Shown: positions 34,790-44,400 of the stretch, one piece after another
Numbering within the stretch: the stretch's first letter is position 1
Layout: each line of letters opens with the position of its first letter
Source of the DNA: an uncultured Oscillospiraceae bacterium
Lineage (GTDB): Bacteria; Bacillota; Clostridia; Saccharofermentanales; UBA5734
Assembly (NCBI GenBank): GCA_964652975.1
Contig: CAZZCN010000003.1
Span: forward strand, 29,976-93,975
Length of the DNA stretch: 64,000 nucleotides
Direction: 5' to 3'
Translations under genes and position numbers: made by a program
The notes under the pieces: generated by a model
Database searches by the model: none
What the model was told of the DNA's origin: nothing
The model's input: only the letters and a program-made list of their open reading frames with translations

Positions 34790-35554
34790 AATGGATTTGA
34801 TTATCGAAGGATCCTGTCCGTTTGCGATAATCATATGTATTCCCGCGTCGGTTGCAATCCGTGCCGCTTCTATTTTCGTTCTCATGCCCCCGGTCCCACG
34901 GTTCGAGGATACATCGCCCGCAAATCCAATAACTTCAGGGGTTATATCCACCACTGTGTCAATCAGTTTCGCATCTGGATTTTGCTTTGGATCGCAATCG
35001 TATAGGCCTGATATGTCTGATAGCAATATTAAAAGGTCTGCCTTGATAAGCGAGGCAACCATTGCGGACAAGGTGTCATTGTCACCGAAAGTTCCGTTGT
35101 GGTAAATCTCCTTGGTGGATACTGTATCGTTTTCGTTGACTATCGGGACTATCTCCTTCTCGATAAGGCACTCGAAAGTATTGCAGATATTCTCCTTTGT
35201 CACACCGTCTTCAATGTCATCGCGAGTCAAAAGTATCTGGCCTACCACATAACTGTACTCTGAAAAGAATTTCGAATACAGATTCATTAGTTCACACTGG
35301 CCAACAGCCGCTACCGCCTGCTTCTCTCTGATTGTCTCAGGCTTTTTGTCAAGTCGCAGCCGTCCCATCCCGATTCCGATTGCACCCGACGACACCAGTA
35401 TCATCTCGTGACCCTGATTCATCTGATCGGATATCGCACAGCAGAGTTTCTCTATGTTCTTTAAATTTGCGCGTCCGTTATCGTAGGTAATTGAGGATGT
35501 TCCAACCTTGACAACGATTCTTTTGCATTCTTTTAATTTGCTTCGGTGAATCAT
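34748..35554 (-). CDS. proB: glutamate 5-kinase (short form, no PUA domain)
   Basis: 268 aa. Motifs: 'KRIVVKVGTSSIT', 'ILVSSGAIGIG' and 'GTGGMRTKIEAA'. Confidence 0.9.
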   Translation of the reverse strand: MIHRSKLKECKRIVVKVGTSSITYDNGRANLKNIEKLCCAISDQMNQGHEMILVSSGAIGIGMGRLRLDKKPETIREKQAVAAVGQCELMNLYSKFFSEYSYVVGQILLTRDDIEDGVTKENICNTFECLIEKEIVPIVNENDTVSTKEIYHNGTFGDNDTLSAMVASLIKADLLILLSDISGLYDCDPKQNPDAKLIDTVVDITPEVIGFAGDVSSNRGTGGMRTKIEAARIATDAGIHMIIANGQDPSIIKSIMSGEMKGTMFVAK

Positions 35555-35851
35555 AACTTATGCTTCCTCGCTAATAAATTCATGGTGTAAAAAGCGTGGG
35601 CTTGCCGACCGCTTTCTGCCACATTATAATATACTATACCTTATTTTGAGGATTTTTTCCATATTTTTTGGAACAGTCTACTGCAAACTATGGTAAACCA
35701 TCAACAATTTAGCTTCTGCCATCTATCTTGATCTTTCCCTGATTTAGATGCAATTGTTTGTTCAAAAACAACTTATCCTCTACTCCACTTTATATTAGCA
35801 TATCCATATGATACTACAAAAAGGCTCTGCTATAAAATCGATGCCCTCCAG

Positions 35852-35940
35852 GTCTGTTCTTACGCCGTTTTCGGTCTGCGCTAATATCTGTGTATCGTTA
35901 AGTGCATAGCTCGTTGTGGTGGTGCCGACTGTCTTGCTTG
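35852..35940 (-). pseudogene. 89-bp remnant of a second Rhs/YD-repeat core
   Basis: It has about 5 mismatches to 37647..37735 inside the Rhs ORF. It would encode 'TSKTVGTTTTSYALNDTQILAQTENGVRTD' with no start and no continuation. Confidence 0.8.
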
Positions 35941-35988
35941 TAAGGTAATTATATCAAGCACAGTAGCATTTTAAGTTACTCAATATAC

Positions 35989-36540
35989 TTAGTCATAATA
36001 TGCTTTTATTGATGGCTCATCTGGATTATCATTAATTTGATGCCAGTTATCAGAAGTAGAAGCTATTGATTTAATTATAATTCGTAGTCCATAAATTCCT
36101 AAATCATCATTTATATCATCATAAATTAGCTGCTGATAATAAATAATATATATATCAATTTTTGTTTTAAATGTAATACTTACATCTATGGATAAATTCT
36201 TTTTTCCATAATTATTGTGTCCACCCGTTGTAAAATAATAATCGTGTGATAAATATTCACCTTGACAGAAATTAATAACTTCTTCAAGTTTTTCATCTAA
36301 ATTATCAATTTTAGAGATGGCGTTTTTTGTTAACAATTTCTTCAATGATGAAGTGTCTCGTTCAATAAAGGCTTCAGCAACATTTTTTTGGCTGACGGAT
36401 GCAGCATCAGCATCTAATCCACTGTTAGTTATTTGATTTACTGTTTTTCTGAAAATCCCACATGAAGTAAGTCCAAATACCATAAAAATAATCACCTCAA
36501 CCACTAAAAATTTTTTTAACATTATTTTATAATTTTTCAT
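35989..36540 (-). CDS. DUF5104-like lipoprotein, candidate immunity protein for the upstream Rhs tip
   Basis: The ATG at 36540 lies 6 nt after GAGGGTG and 26 nt after the Rhs stop. The lipobox is 'VFGLTSC'. 'ERDTSSLKKLLTKNA..NLDEKLEEVINFCQGEY' and 'DDLGIYGLRII' fit my recollection of DUF5104. Confidence 0.6.
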   Translation of the reverse strand: MKNYKIMLKKFLVVEVIIFMVFGLTSCGIFRKTVNQITNSGLDADAASVSQKNVAEAFIERDTSSLKKLLTKNAISKIDNLDEKLEEVINFCQGEYLSHDYYFTTGGHNNYGKKNLSIDVSITFKTKIDIYIIYYQQLIYDDINDDLGIYGLRIIIKSIASTSDNWHQINDNPDEPSIKAYYD

Positions 36541-36565
36541 TATATTCACCCTCATGTTCATTTGT

Positions 36566-38158
36566 TTACCATGTAAAGTAAGCGAAGCGTCTTGATGGAA
36601 TAAATTTCCAATATGGATTGCCATCATATCTATCAAAAAATGCTTTCCAAAGATCCGGTTGATACCAAAAATCTATTGAGCCAGACATAATCAAATCTAA
36701 AGCCTTTACCCGCTGTAATTTTGGATTGAATCCTGTTATCCACCAGTTTGGCGAACTCGGACTCCAGCTAAATACAGGACCTGTTCTCTTATCAAATAAA
36801 TTTAATGTCATTTTCATTGCATTCCTAGTAGCACAAAGCATATGCCCAAAAAGATTATAATAATAAATTCCCACTTCTCCACCTGCGCCAAGATTAATAT
36901 AATCACCTTTCCACATCCAAATCATATAGTCTATTTTTCCTACTTTGAAAGGAAATTTTAAAAATTTCATATCTGTTGCGCGGTCAAACACCCAATCATA
37001 AAAATCATTGTATCCAAAATATTTTTGCCACGCATTTTGATTTACATGGTATATACCACGTCGGTCTTTTTCAAAACCAAATTTAGATAGGAGTTTGTCT
37101 AATATACCTAATTGGGTTGCAATTGTAAACAACACAACTGGAATGTTAAAGGGAAATTTAAATCTTAATAATACTTGTGTAGCATCTAAAGTACTATTAA
37201 TGAAATCTATTAGACTTCTACCAATTTTCTTCCAATTAGGCCAATATCCGGTTAAGTCAACTTTCATAATTGGACAATTTCCACAATACACATATAAATT
37301 ATCACCTGTCAGCTCGTCCTGTGTAACTTGCAATATGCTTGTGTCGTCCGCATTAATAAATCTTCCGGTGTTCGGGTCATAATATCGAGATTGCAGATAG
37401 TACAATTCTGTCTCGACATCATAGTAGTATCCACGGTACCTGAAAGGGTTTGCCTGACCTAATGTAGTTGCCAAGGTGCCAGTGACGGAAAGTTTCTGCC
37501 CCCATGCGCTATAGATATATTCTACCACGATTGTGCCTGTGGAATCAATAAGCCCGGTAATATCTCCCAGGATATTTGTTACATAGTAGTATTCGGTGCC
37601 GTTGTAGCGTAATGCTATCAGCTTACCGTTGCCATCGTAGCGGAAATCTGTTCTTACGCCGTTTTCGGTCTGCGCTAATATCTGTGTACCGTTAAGTGCG
37701 TAGTCCGTTGTGATGGTGCCGACTGTCTTGCTTGTCCTTATCCCTGAATCGTTGTATTTATAGGTTGTGGTAACTCCGCTTTTGTTAAAACTCTCCAGCT
37801 GCCTGCCCATCGTCCAGGTCAGTGCGCTGCCCATGTAGCTTGACGGGTTGCCTGCTGCGTCATATGAAATGTCCTGTCCATTAAAGCTTGCAAGCTGATC
37901 TTTCCAGATTCCTGTGCTATAAGTGTACGGTAATTCACCAAGGAGGGAAGTCGGAGCTACTCCTTCGGATGTTATTATATATATCTTCTTGCTTACAATG
38001 TTTCCACCCTTGTCGTATTGCCATGTGTATGTGACATTGGCGGGTATGTTATCCTCACGAACAAGCTGGCCGGCTTCATCATAGACATATCTGTACAGGT
38101 CTGTTGTCAATATTATGCTCGAGGTAAAAGACAAGAATCTTTCCGCACTGAAATGCAT
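36566..38158 (-). CDS. N-terminally truncated Rhs/YD-repeat protein with DUF4474-like C-terminal tip (orphan toxin module)
   Basis: 530 aa. It has YD repeats ('YDEAGQL', 'YDKGGNI', 'YRYDGNGKL') and a core-end motif 'YYLQSRYYDPNTGRFINADD...NLYVYCGNCPIMKVDLTG'. The tip carries 'NAWQKYFGYNDFYD' and 'MIWMWKGDYINLGAGGEVGIYYY'. The first ~20 aa are not Rhs-like, and no secretion or N-terminal domain is present. Confidence 0.7.
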   Translation of the reverse strand: MHFSAERFLSFTSSIILTTDLYRYVYDEAGQLVREDNIPANVTYTWQYDKGGNIVSKKIYIITSEGVAPTSLLGELPYTYSTGIWKDQLASFNGQDISYDAAGNPSSYMGSALTWTMGRQLESFNKSGVTTTYKYNDSGIRTSKTVGTITTDYALNGTQILAQTENGVRTDFRYDGNGKLIALRYNGTEYYYVTNILGDITGLIDSTGTIVVEYIYSAWGQKLSVTGTLATTLGQANPFRYRGYYYDVETELYYLQSRYYDPNTGRFINADDTSILQVTQDELTGDNLYVYCGNCPIMKVDLTGYWPNWKKIGRSLIDFINSTLDATQVLLRFKFPFNIPVVLFTIATQLGILDKLLSKFGFEKDRRGIYHVNQNAWQKYFGYNDFYDWVFDRATDMKFLKFPFKVGKIDYMIWMWKGDYINLGAGGEVGIYYYNLFGHMLCATRNAMKMTLNLFDKRTGPVFSWSPSSPNWWITGFNPKLQRVKALDLIMSGSIDFWYQPDLWKAFFDRYDGNPYWKFIPSRRFAYFTW

Positions 38159-38162
38159 CCAA

Positions 38163-38678
38163 ATGACAGATTCTAATCTATCGCATACGAGAATTGAAGA
38201 GGAATGGGCGCGTTACAAGTATTACGTAATGTCAAAATCCGCAGCGATTTATGTTAAAATCCGCAAAATCATGAACGAACACAACTTAAAGGTCAGTGAA
38301 TATAGTAAAATCATGAGCGAACACAATTTGATGACAAGTGAATATAGTAAAATTGCTTGTAATGACAGCAAATTGATGCTTCAATCCAATGCATACATTA
38401 ATGAGCAAACCAGGGAAACTGCACTTCTATTTTATAAGCTTATCGAAAAAGCACAAAAACTCCCGGAGGACAAAGGTGCTCAAATCAATGCAGCACAGCA
38501 TGTCTGGGGATACATGAAAAAGACTTGTGCGCCAAAAGACAAAGTTCATTTCCAGACTTTGTTGTCCGATTATGATTCAGGTAAGAAGTCAATTCAGTCG
38601 GTAAAATCATTTTTATTCAGGGAAACTAACAATCAAGCGATTCTGTATTTGCAAAAATCGCATTATTTTTACTTTTAG
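38163..38678 (+). CDS. YbgA/DUF1722 family protein
   Basis: 'EEEWARYKYYVMSKS' and 'NAAQHVWGYMKK' fit DUF1722. It contains a 2x42-bp in-frame tandem repeat at 38268..38351 ('IMNEHNLKVSEYSK'/'IMSEHNLMTSEYSK'). The start is uncertain (the track gives 38115). Confidence 0.55.
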   Translation: MTDSNLSHTRIEEEWARYKYYVMSKSAAIYVKIRKIMNEHNLKVSEYSKIMSEHNLMTSEYSKIACNDSKLMLQSNAYINEQTRETALLFYKLIEKAQKLPEDKGAQINAAQHVWGYMKKTCAPKDKVHFQTLLSDYDSGKKSIQSVKSFLFRETNNQAILYLQKSHYFYF

Positions 38679-38854
38679 ATTATTTATTTCAAAATGATAC
38701 CAAAATCAATAAGCCTTGCGGGTGAAAATGGAAAATCCGGCCAAGGAACTGTTTCACTGTTAGAAAATTCATATAGTTAAATTATAATGTATTTGACTTT
38801 TATTGTAGAAATGAGTATAATTTTCCCAAGGGAGGGTTAATAAATAAGAAGAAG

Positions 38855-39487
38855 GTGACTGAAATGAAATTATATGAATTTTTAATAGAAGGTTATGGCT
38901 ATAATGAACCAATTTTTGTTAATGAGATTTCCATTGGGAGTTATTCACGTCCATGGCTTTTCAAGGAACTCAAAAAACTGGTTGATACGAATGCATTGAA
39001 ACACTTTGATATCGGTATATATTATATACCGAAGAAGATGCCTTGGGGCGATTCATTTCCTGACTCTTATAAGGTTGTTGAAAGACGATTTTTATCAGAT
39101 TCAATGAAATCCTACGGTTATGTTTCAGGGTTGACACTGTTGAATAAATTAGGCCTTACTACACAAATGCCTAATATGATTGAGCTTGTAACTAATAATG
39201 AAACCACTAGGGTACGTGATATAAAAGTCGGAGGTGTTAATGTAAGAGCAAGACGAGCACGTACTAAAATAACCAAGGAAAATGTAAAAGTCCTTCAGTT
39301 TTTGGATTTAATGAATGTTATAGGCATAAAATCAATCAGTGAAGATGACAAAATTAGGCTGTACCGTTTTGTCAGAGAATCTGGAGTGACACTTGATGAT
39401 GTAACCAAGTATGCAGGATTATTTCCAGCAAAAGCAATGAAAAATATGATTGAAAGCGGGGTAGTAAATGAGATTACACGAAAATAA
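38855..39487 (+). CDS. AbiEi-like (type IV toxin-antitoxin) antitoxin / DUF6088-like protein
   Basis: 210 aa. The layout 'IFVNEI......ALKHFDIGIYYIP' plus 'YGYVSGLTLLNKLGLTTQMP' is typical of AbiEi_4-type antitoxins. Confidence 0.55.
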   Translation: MTEMKLYEFLIEGYGYNEPIFVNEISIGSYSRPWLFKELKKLVDTNALKHFDIGIYYIPKKMPWGDSFPDSYKVVERRFLSDSMKSYGYVSGLTLLNKLGLTTQMPNMIELVTNNETTRVRDIKVGGVNVRARRARTKITKENVKVLQFLDLMNVIGIKSISEDDKIRLYRFVRESGVTLDDVTKYAGLFPAKAMKNMIESGVVNEITRK

Positions 39488-39530
39488 GGAATTATTGATA
39501 CTCGTGTTTTTGAAGTATAACAATACGTAA
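39468..39530 (+). pseudogene. truncated 5' end of an AbiEii-type nucleotidyltransferase toxin gene
   Basis: An ATG overlaps the end of the antitoxin (typical coupling). 'MRLHENKEL' resembles AbiEii N-termini, then the frame runs into unrelated sequence and stops after 20 codons. Confidence 0.4.
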
Positions 39531-39552
39531 AAATTAAGTCCACTAATATCAA

Positions 39553-39650
39553 AGAGGTAAAATTTAAGTTTTGCCTCTATAAAAATAGATATAAAGCTAA
39601 GGCTCTATATCTATTTTATAAATCTACTTGGATAGATTTTCTTCTGCATT
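39553..39650 (+). repeat. hairpin cluster sharing modules with repeat family 2
   Basis: AGAGGTAAAATTTAAGTTTTGCCTCT shares its first 20 nt with the reverse complement of the hairpin at 60718..60740. Also present are hairpin AAATAGATATA/TATATCTATTT and hairpin AAATCTA/TAGATTT followed by TCTTCTGCATT. The 17-nt stretch AGATTTTCTTCTGCA[A]TT also occurs at 60868. Confidence 0.7.
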
Positions 39651-39675
39651 TAAGAAGATTCTCTAAATCAATATC

Positions 39676-41178
39676 TTATGGCAGCATCGTTTCGCCCTGT
39701 AAATACCTATCGCATTCTCGTGCGGCGGCCCTACCCTCATTAATCGCCCAGACGACAAGACTCTGTCCTCTTCGCATGTCGCCAGCTGTGAATACACCTT
39801 TTTTACTTGTCATGTAGGTTTTTTCGTCCGCCTTGATATTGGATCTGGCATCCAGTTCGAGATTCAATGCTTTTGGCAATGTATCCTCGGGTCCCAGGAA
39901 TCCCATGGCCAGGAGCACTAGTTGCGCTTTCAGTTTCTTTTCTGTACCGGGAACCGAAACAGGATTCATTCTTCCCTGTTCGTCTTTTTGCCACGAAACT
40001 TCTACAGTATTTACTGCTGTCAAATTGCCTTGTGCATCGCCATCAAATGACTTGACAGTGGTGAGATAGCATCTGGGGTCGCTTCCGTAAAGGTAGATAG
40101 CTTCTTCCTGTCCATAATCGGTCTTAAGCACCATCGGCCATTCAGGCCATGGATTGCCTGCCGTTCTCGAATCGGAAGGCATGGGCATTATTTCAATCTG
40201 CTTAACGCTTTTGCACCCTTGTCTTATGCTTGTCCCGACGCAGTCTGTACCTGTGTCTCCTCCACCAATTACAATTACATCTTTGCCTTTAGCGGATATA
40301 GGCGTGTTGTCTGGAATCTTGCCAAGACCATCAGCTTCGTTGTCAAGTATTGTACGGGTGTTGGCGCGCAAAAAGTCCATGGCAAAATGCACTCCGTTCA
40401 AGTTCCTTCCTTCAACCGGCAGATTACGGGGGTTTGTCGCTCCGCCACACAAAACAATTGCATCAAAGGTCTTACGTATATTTTCTATCTTGATATCCTT
40501 GCCGATTTCAGTTTCAGTAACAAAATCCACTCCTTCTTCATGCATCAAATCAACTCGTCTATGAACTACGGATTTATCAAGCTTCATGTTAGGAATGCCA
40601 TACATCAAGAGTCCGCCTATCCTGTCTTCTCTCTCATAAACAGTTACCTTGTGTCCTGCCTGGTTAAGCTGGTCTGCACACGCAAGTCCTGCAGGTCCTG
40701 ATCCCACAACAGCGACTCTTTTGCCTGTTCTTACTGCCGGTGGCGATGCCTTCATCCACCCTTCCTTCCAGGCCTTGTCAATAATATGGCACTCGTTGTT
40801 CTTAATCGTTACCTGCGGATCGTTGATACCCACTGTGCATGATCCCTCACAAGGTGCGGGGCAGACTCTGCCGGTGAATTCAGGGAAATTATTGGTTTTC
40901 CTTAAACGTTGCAGAGCTTCTTTCCAAAGACCCTTGTACATCAAGTCGTTCCATTCGGGAATGAGGTTGTTTATCGGGCATCCGGCGGCCGCACCCTTAA
41001 TAAGAGTTCCTGTATGGCAGAACGGAATCCCGCAGTCCATGCATCTCGCACCCTGAATCTGCTGTTTTTCGTCGGTGTTGTGAGTGTGGAATTCATCCCA
41101 GTCACAAATTCTGTCCTTCGGTTTGCGATCCTTTGGTGTTTTTCTTTTATATTCCATAAAGCCGGTGGGCTTACCCAT
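39676..41178 (-). CDS. gltD: glutamate synthase (NADPH) small subunit
   Basis: 500 aa. It has Fe-S motifs 'CMDCGIPFC' and 'CPAPCEGSC', and dinucleotide folds '[17 protein letters not shown]' and '[13 protein letters not shown]'. Confidence 0.92.
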   Translation of the reverse strand: MGKPTGFMEYKRKTPKDRKPKDRICDWDEFHTHNTDEKQQIQGARCMDCGIPFCHTGTLIKGAAAGCPINNLIPEWNDLMYKGLWKEALQRLRKTNNFPEFTGRVCPAPCEGSCTVGINDPQVTIKNNECHIIDKAWKEGWMKASPPAVRTGKRVAVVGSGPAGLACADQLNQAGHKVTVYEREDRIGGLLMYGIPNMKLDKSVVHRRVDLMHEEGVDFVTETEIGKDIKIENIRKTFDAIVLCGGATNPRNLPVEGRNLNGVHFAMDFLRANTRTILDNEADGLGKIPDNTPISAKGKDVIVIGGGDTGTDCVGTSIRQGCKSVKQIEIMPMPSDSRTAGNPWPEWPMVLKTDYGQEEAIYLYGSDPRCYLTTVKSFDGDAQGNLTAVNTVEVSWQKDEQGRMNPVSVPGTEKKLKAQLVLLAMGFLGPEDTLPKALNLELDARSNIKADEKTYMTSKKGVFTAGDMRRGQSLVVWAINEGRAAARECDRYLQGETMLP

Positions 41179-41306
41179 AATAAATCCTCCTTATAGTAGT
41201 TTTGCTAATTAGTATATTTTTCAAATATAAGATGGTAAACAAAACTTTCACTTAAAATAATAAAATACAAATTAGTAATTGCGGTTTGGTGCCTGTAAGC
41301 TAGTAT

Positions 41307-41394
41307 GAAAAATCATGTGAAACCAAAGGTTTCTGACACCTTCTAATGGTGTCAAATGATTTTTCCTAGGGTGAAAAAATTAATTTTTTCACCC
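41307..41394. other. structured gltB-gltD spacer: 59-nt three-way-junction-like palindrome plus 11-bp-stem hairpin
   Basis: P1 is GAAAAATCAT/ATGATTTTTC, enclosing GAAACC-AAA-GGTTTC and TGACACC-TTCTAAT-GGTGTCA. GGGTGAAAAAA-TTAA-TTTTTTCACCC follows. Confidence 0.7.
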
Positions 41395-41410
41395 TGTTCA
41401 CCCGATCCTC

Positions 41411-44400
41411 CTACGCTGTACATTCTTCAAATGCCGCAAGTAAAAGTTCGTCGCCCTCAAGTCCGTCCCTTGTCTTTACATTTTCGATGGCACTTAGCAT
41501 GCGTGCATAATCTTCTGGCATTACTTTGACGAACATCGGAAGCATTTTTTCGAAATCGTTTAAAATTTCAGATGCTGTCTTACTCTCTGTATATTTTGCA
41601 TGGTTTTCTATCATTTCGCGAAGCTGTGCAACGTCGGCTTCAGCTTCAACCTTTTCGAGAAGCACCATCTCCTTGTTGCAGGTATCTGCAAAATCGCCCT
41701 TTGCATCAAGTACATAGGCGACTCCGCCCGACATGCCTGCAGCAAAGTTTCTTCCTACGGATCCGAGTACAACCACTACTCCGCCTGTCATGTATTCGCA
41801 GCCATGATCACCCACTGATTCGACAACCGCTTTGGCTCCGCTGTTCCTTACACAGAACCTCTCGCCCGCAACGCCATTGATATATGATTCTCCGCTTGTA
41901 GCTCCGTAAAGTGCGACGTTACCTGCAATAATGTTCTTAGTAGTATCAAATGTGGCACTTCTGTCCGGTCTTACTATTATCTTGCCCCCTGAAAGCCCTT
42001 TGCCTACAAAGTCATTTGCATCCCCTTCAAGGTCAAGTGTTATTCCATGAGGTATAAAGGCACCAAAGCTCTGTCCGGCGCACCCTCTGAAATGAAGCTG
42101 TATCGTATCGGCAGGTAGTCCTTTGCGACCATATATTTTGGTAACTTCGCTGCCAAGCTGTGTGCCTGTGACACGGTTTGTGTTTCTAATAGGAAGTGAT
42201 GCCTTGACAGGAGTACCATATTTGAGAGCAGATCTTGAAAGTGGTATGAGCACTCTCGCATCCATGGTCTTTTCGAGTTCGTGGTCCTGGCTCATTATAC
42301 ACTTCTTAGGTGCATCCTCACCCATATCAGGTTGGTATAAAAGGCATGAAAGGTCGAGTCCACTGGCTTTCCAGTGATCAATTGCAGTATCAGCCTCAAG
42401 CAATTCGGTGTGTCCGATTATATCATCAAGTTTCGTTACACCTAGCTCTGCCATTATCTCGCGCATTTCCATCGCTATGAATCGCATGAAATTTACTACA
42501 TGTTCAGGCTTACCGGCAAATTTCTCACGCAGTTTTGGATTTTGTGTTGCAACGCCAACAGGGCAGGTGTCCAGATTGCATACGCGCATCATGACGCATC
42601 CAAGCGCAACAAGCGGCGCTGTGGCAAATCCATATTCTTCAGCGCCCAGAAGCGCTGCTATTATTACATCTCTGCCGGTCATGAGTTTGCCGTCGGTCTC
42701 TACTACGATTCTGCCCCTTAGGTTATTGAGCATGAGTGTCTGATGTGTCTCTGCAAGGCCGAGCTCCCAGGGAAGTCCTGCATGTCTTATGCTGGTAATA
42801 GGGGAAGCACCTGTTCCACCGTCATATCCACTAATAAGAACAACGTCTGCACGCCCCTTTGCAACGCCGGCGGCGATAGTTCCGACACCGACCTCTGAAA
42901 CAAGCTTGACGCTTACTCTGGCAGATGTGTTGACGTTCTTTAAATCGTATATAAGTTCAGCAAGGTCTTCGATGGAGTATATGTCATGATGGGGCGGTGG
43001 CGAAATCAGGCCAACACCGGGTGTTGAATAACGGGTTTTTGCTATCCACGGATATACTTTGCTGCCTGGAAGTTGTCCGCCTTCGCCAGGCTTTGCTCCC
43101 TGCGCCATTTTGATCTGAAGTTCGCGGGCATTGACAAGGTATTCGCTGGTAACACCGAAACGTCCCGATGCCACCTGCTTTATCGAACTGCAGCGTGAAT
43201 CACCGTTCTCCATAGTTATGAAACGCTCCGGATCCTCGCCGCCTTCACCTGTATTGCTGCGCCCGCCGAGTCTGTTCATCGCTATCGCCAGAGCCTCGTG
43301 GGCTTCTTTGCTTATAGACCCATAAGACATGGCGCCTGTTTTAAATCTTTTTACAATGCTGTCGACTGATTCAACGCTTTCAAGCGGGACGCTTCCTGAT
43401 GATTTTTTGAATTTCAAGAGACCACGCAGTGTGCATAGCTTCTGATTCTCTTCGTTCAAAAGCGCAGAGTATGACTTGAAAGTATTGTAATCATTCGTTC
43501 GTACAGATTGTTGGAGTTTATAGACACTAAGCGGATTGAACTGGTGGTACTCACCATTGCTTCTCCATTTAAGGACACCTCCGCTTTCAAGTCCGGAATT
43601 CAGGCTGTTTGGCGAAAACGCTTCGCGTCGACGGCCTTCGCACTCTTTTGCAATAACGTCCAAGTCAATTCCGCCCAGCCGTGATGGCGTGGCTGTAAAA
43701 TACTTGTCGATTACTTGCTGCGAGACCCCAAGTGCCTCGAAAATCTGAGACCCCTGATAGCTTTGGATTGTCGAAATTCCCATTTTTGAAATAACCTTGA
43801 TTATTCCTTTGATAGCCGCTTTTATATAATTCTTGTGGGCATCGTATTCCGAAACACCTTTAAGGTTGCCATTTGCAATCAGGTAGTTTATTGACTCATA
43901 AACCATGTATGGGTTGATAGCGGATACACCGTATCCAATCAAAAGCGCCAGATGGTGGATTTCTCGAGGCTCGCCCGATTCAAGGATTATGCCGACGCGG
44001 GTTCTGGTTTTTTTCCTTATAAGGTGGTGGTGAAGACCGGAAACTGCAAGCAAAGAAGGTATCGGTGTAGTTGATGCGGTAAATCCGCGATCTGACAGGA
44101 CTATTAGATTATGTCCTTCTTCAACCGCTTTGTCAGCCAGAATGAAAAGTTTTTCCATTGCGTTTTCCAGTGCTTTACCATCGCCTTTTGCACTGAAAAA
44201 TATCGGAAGCGTTATGGCTTTAAAGCCCTCCTCTTTAATATTTCTCAGCTTCTCAAATTGTGCATTGGTCAGAATCGGATAAGTCATCTTAATCTGATGG
44301 CAGTCAATCGGTGAAGGATTTAACAAGTTGCCTTCGGTTCCCATGTATGTTTCGGTTGCGGTGACAATCTGCTCGCGGATTGCATCAATCGGCGGATTTG

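Noticed and set aside
38115-38162. First 16 codons of the track ORF for the YbgA-like gene
   Set aside because: They overlap the junk 5' end of the truncated Rhs ORF on the other strand and lie upstream of where DUF1722-like similarity begins. The ATG at 38163 is preferred, but with low certainty.
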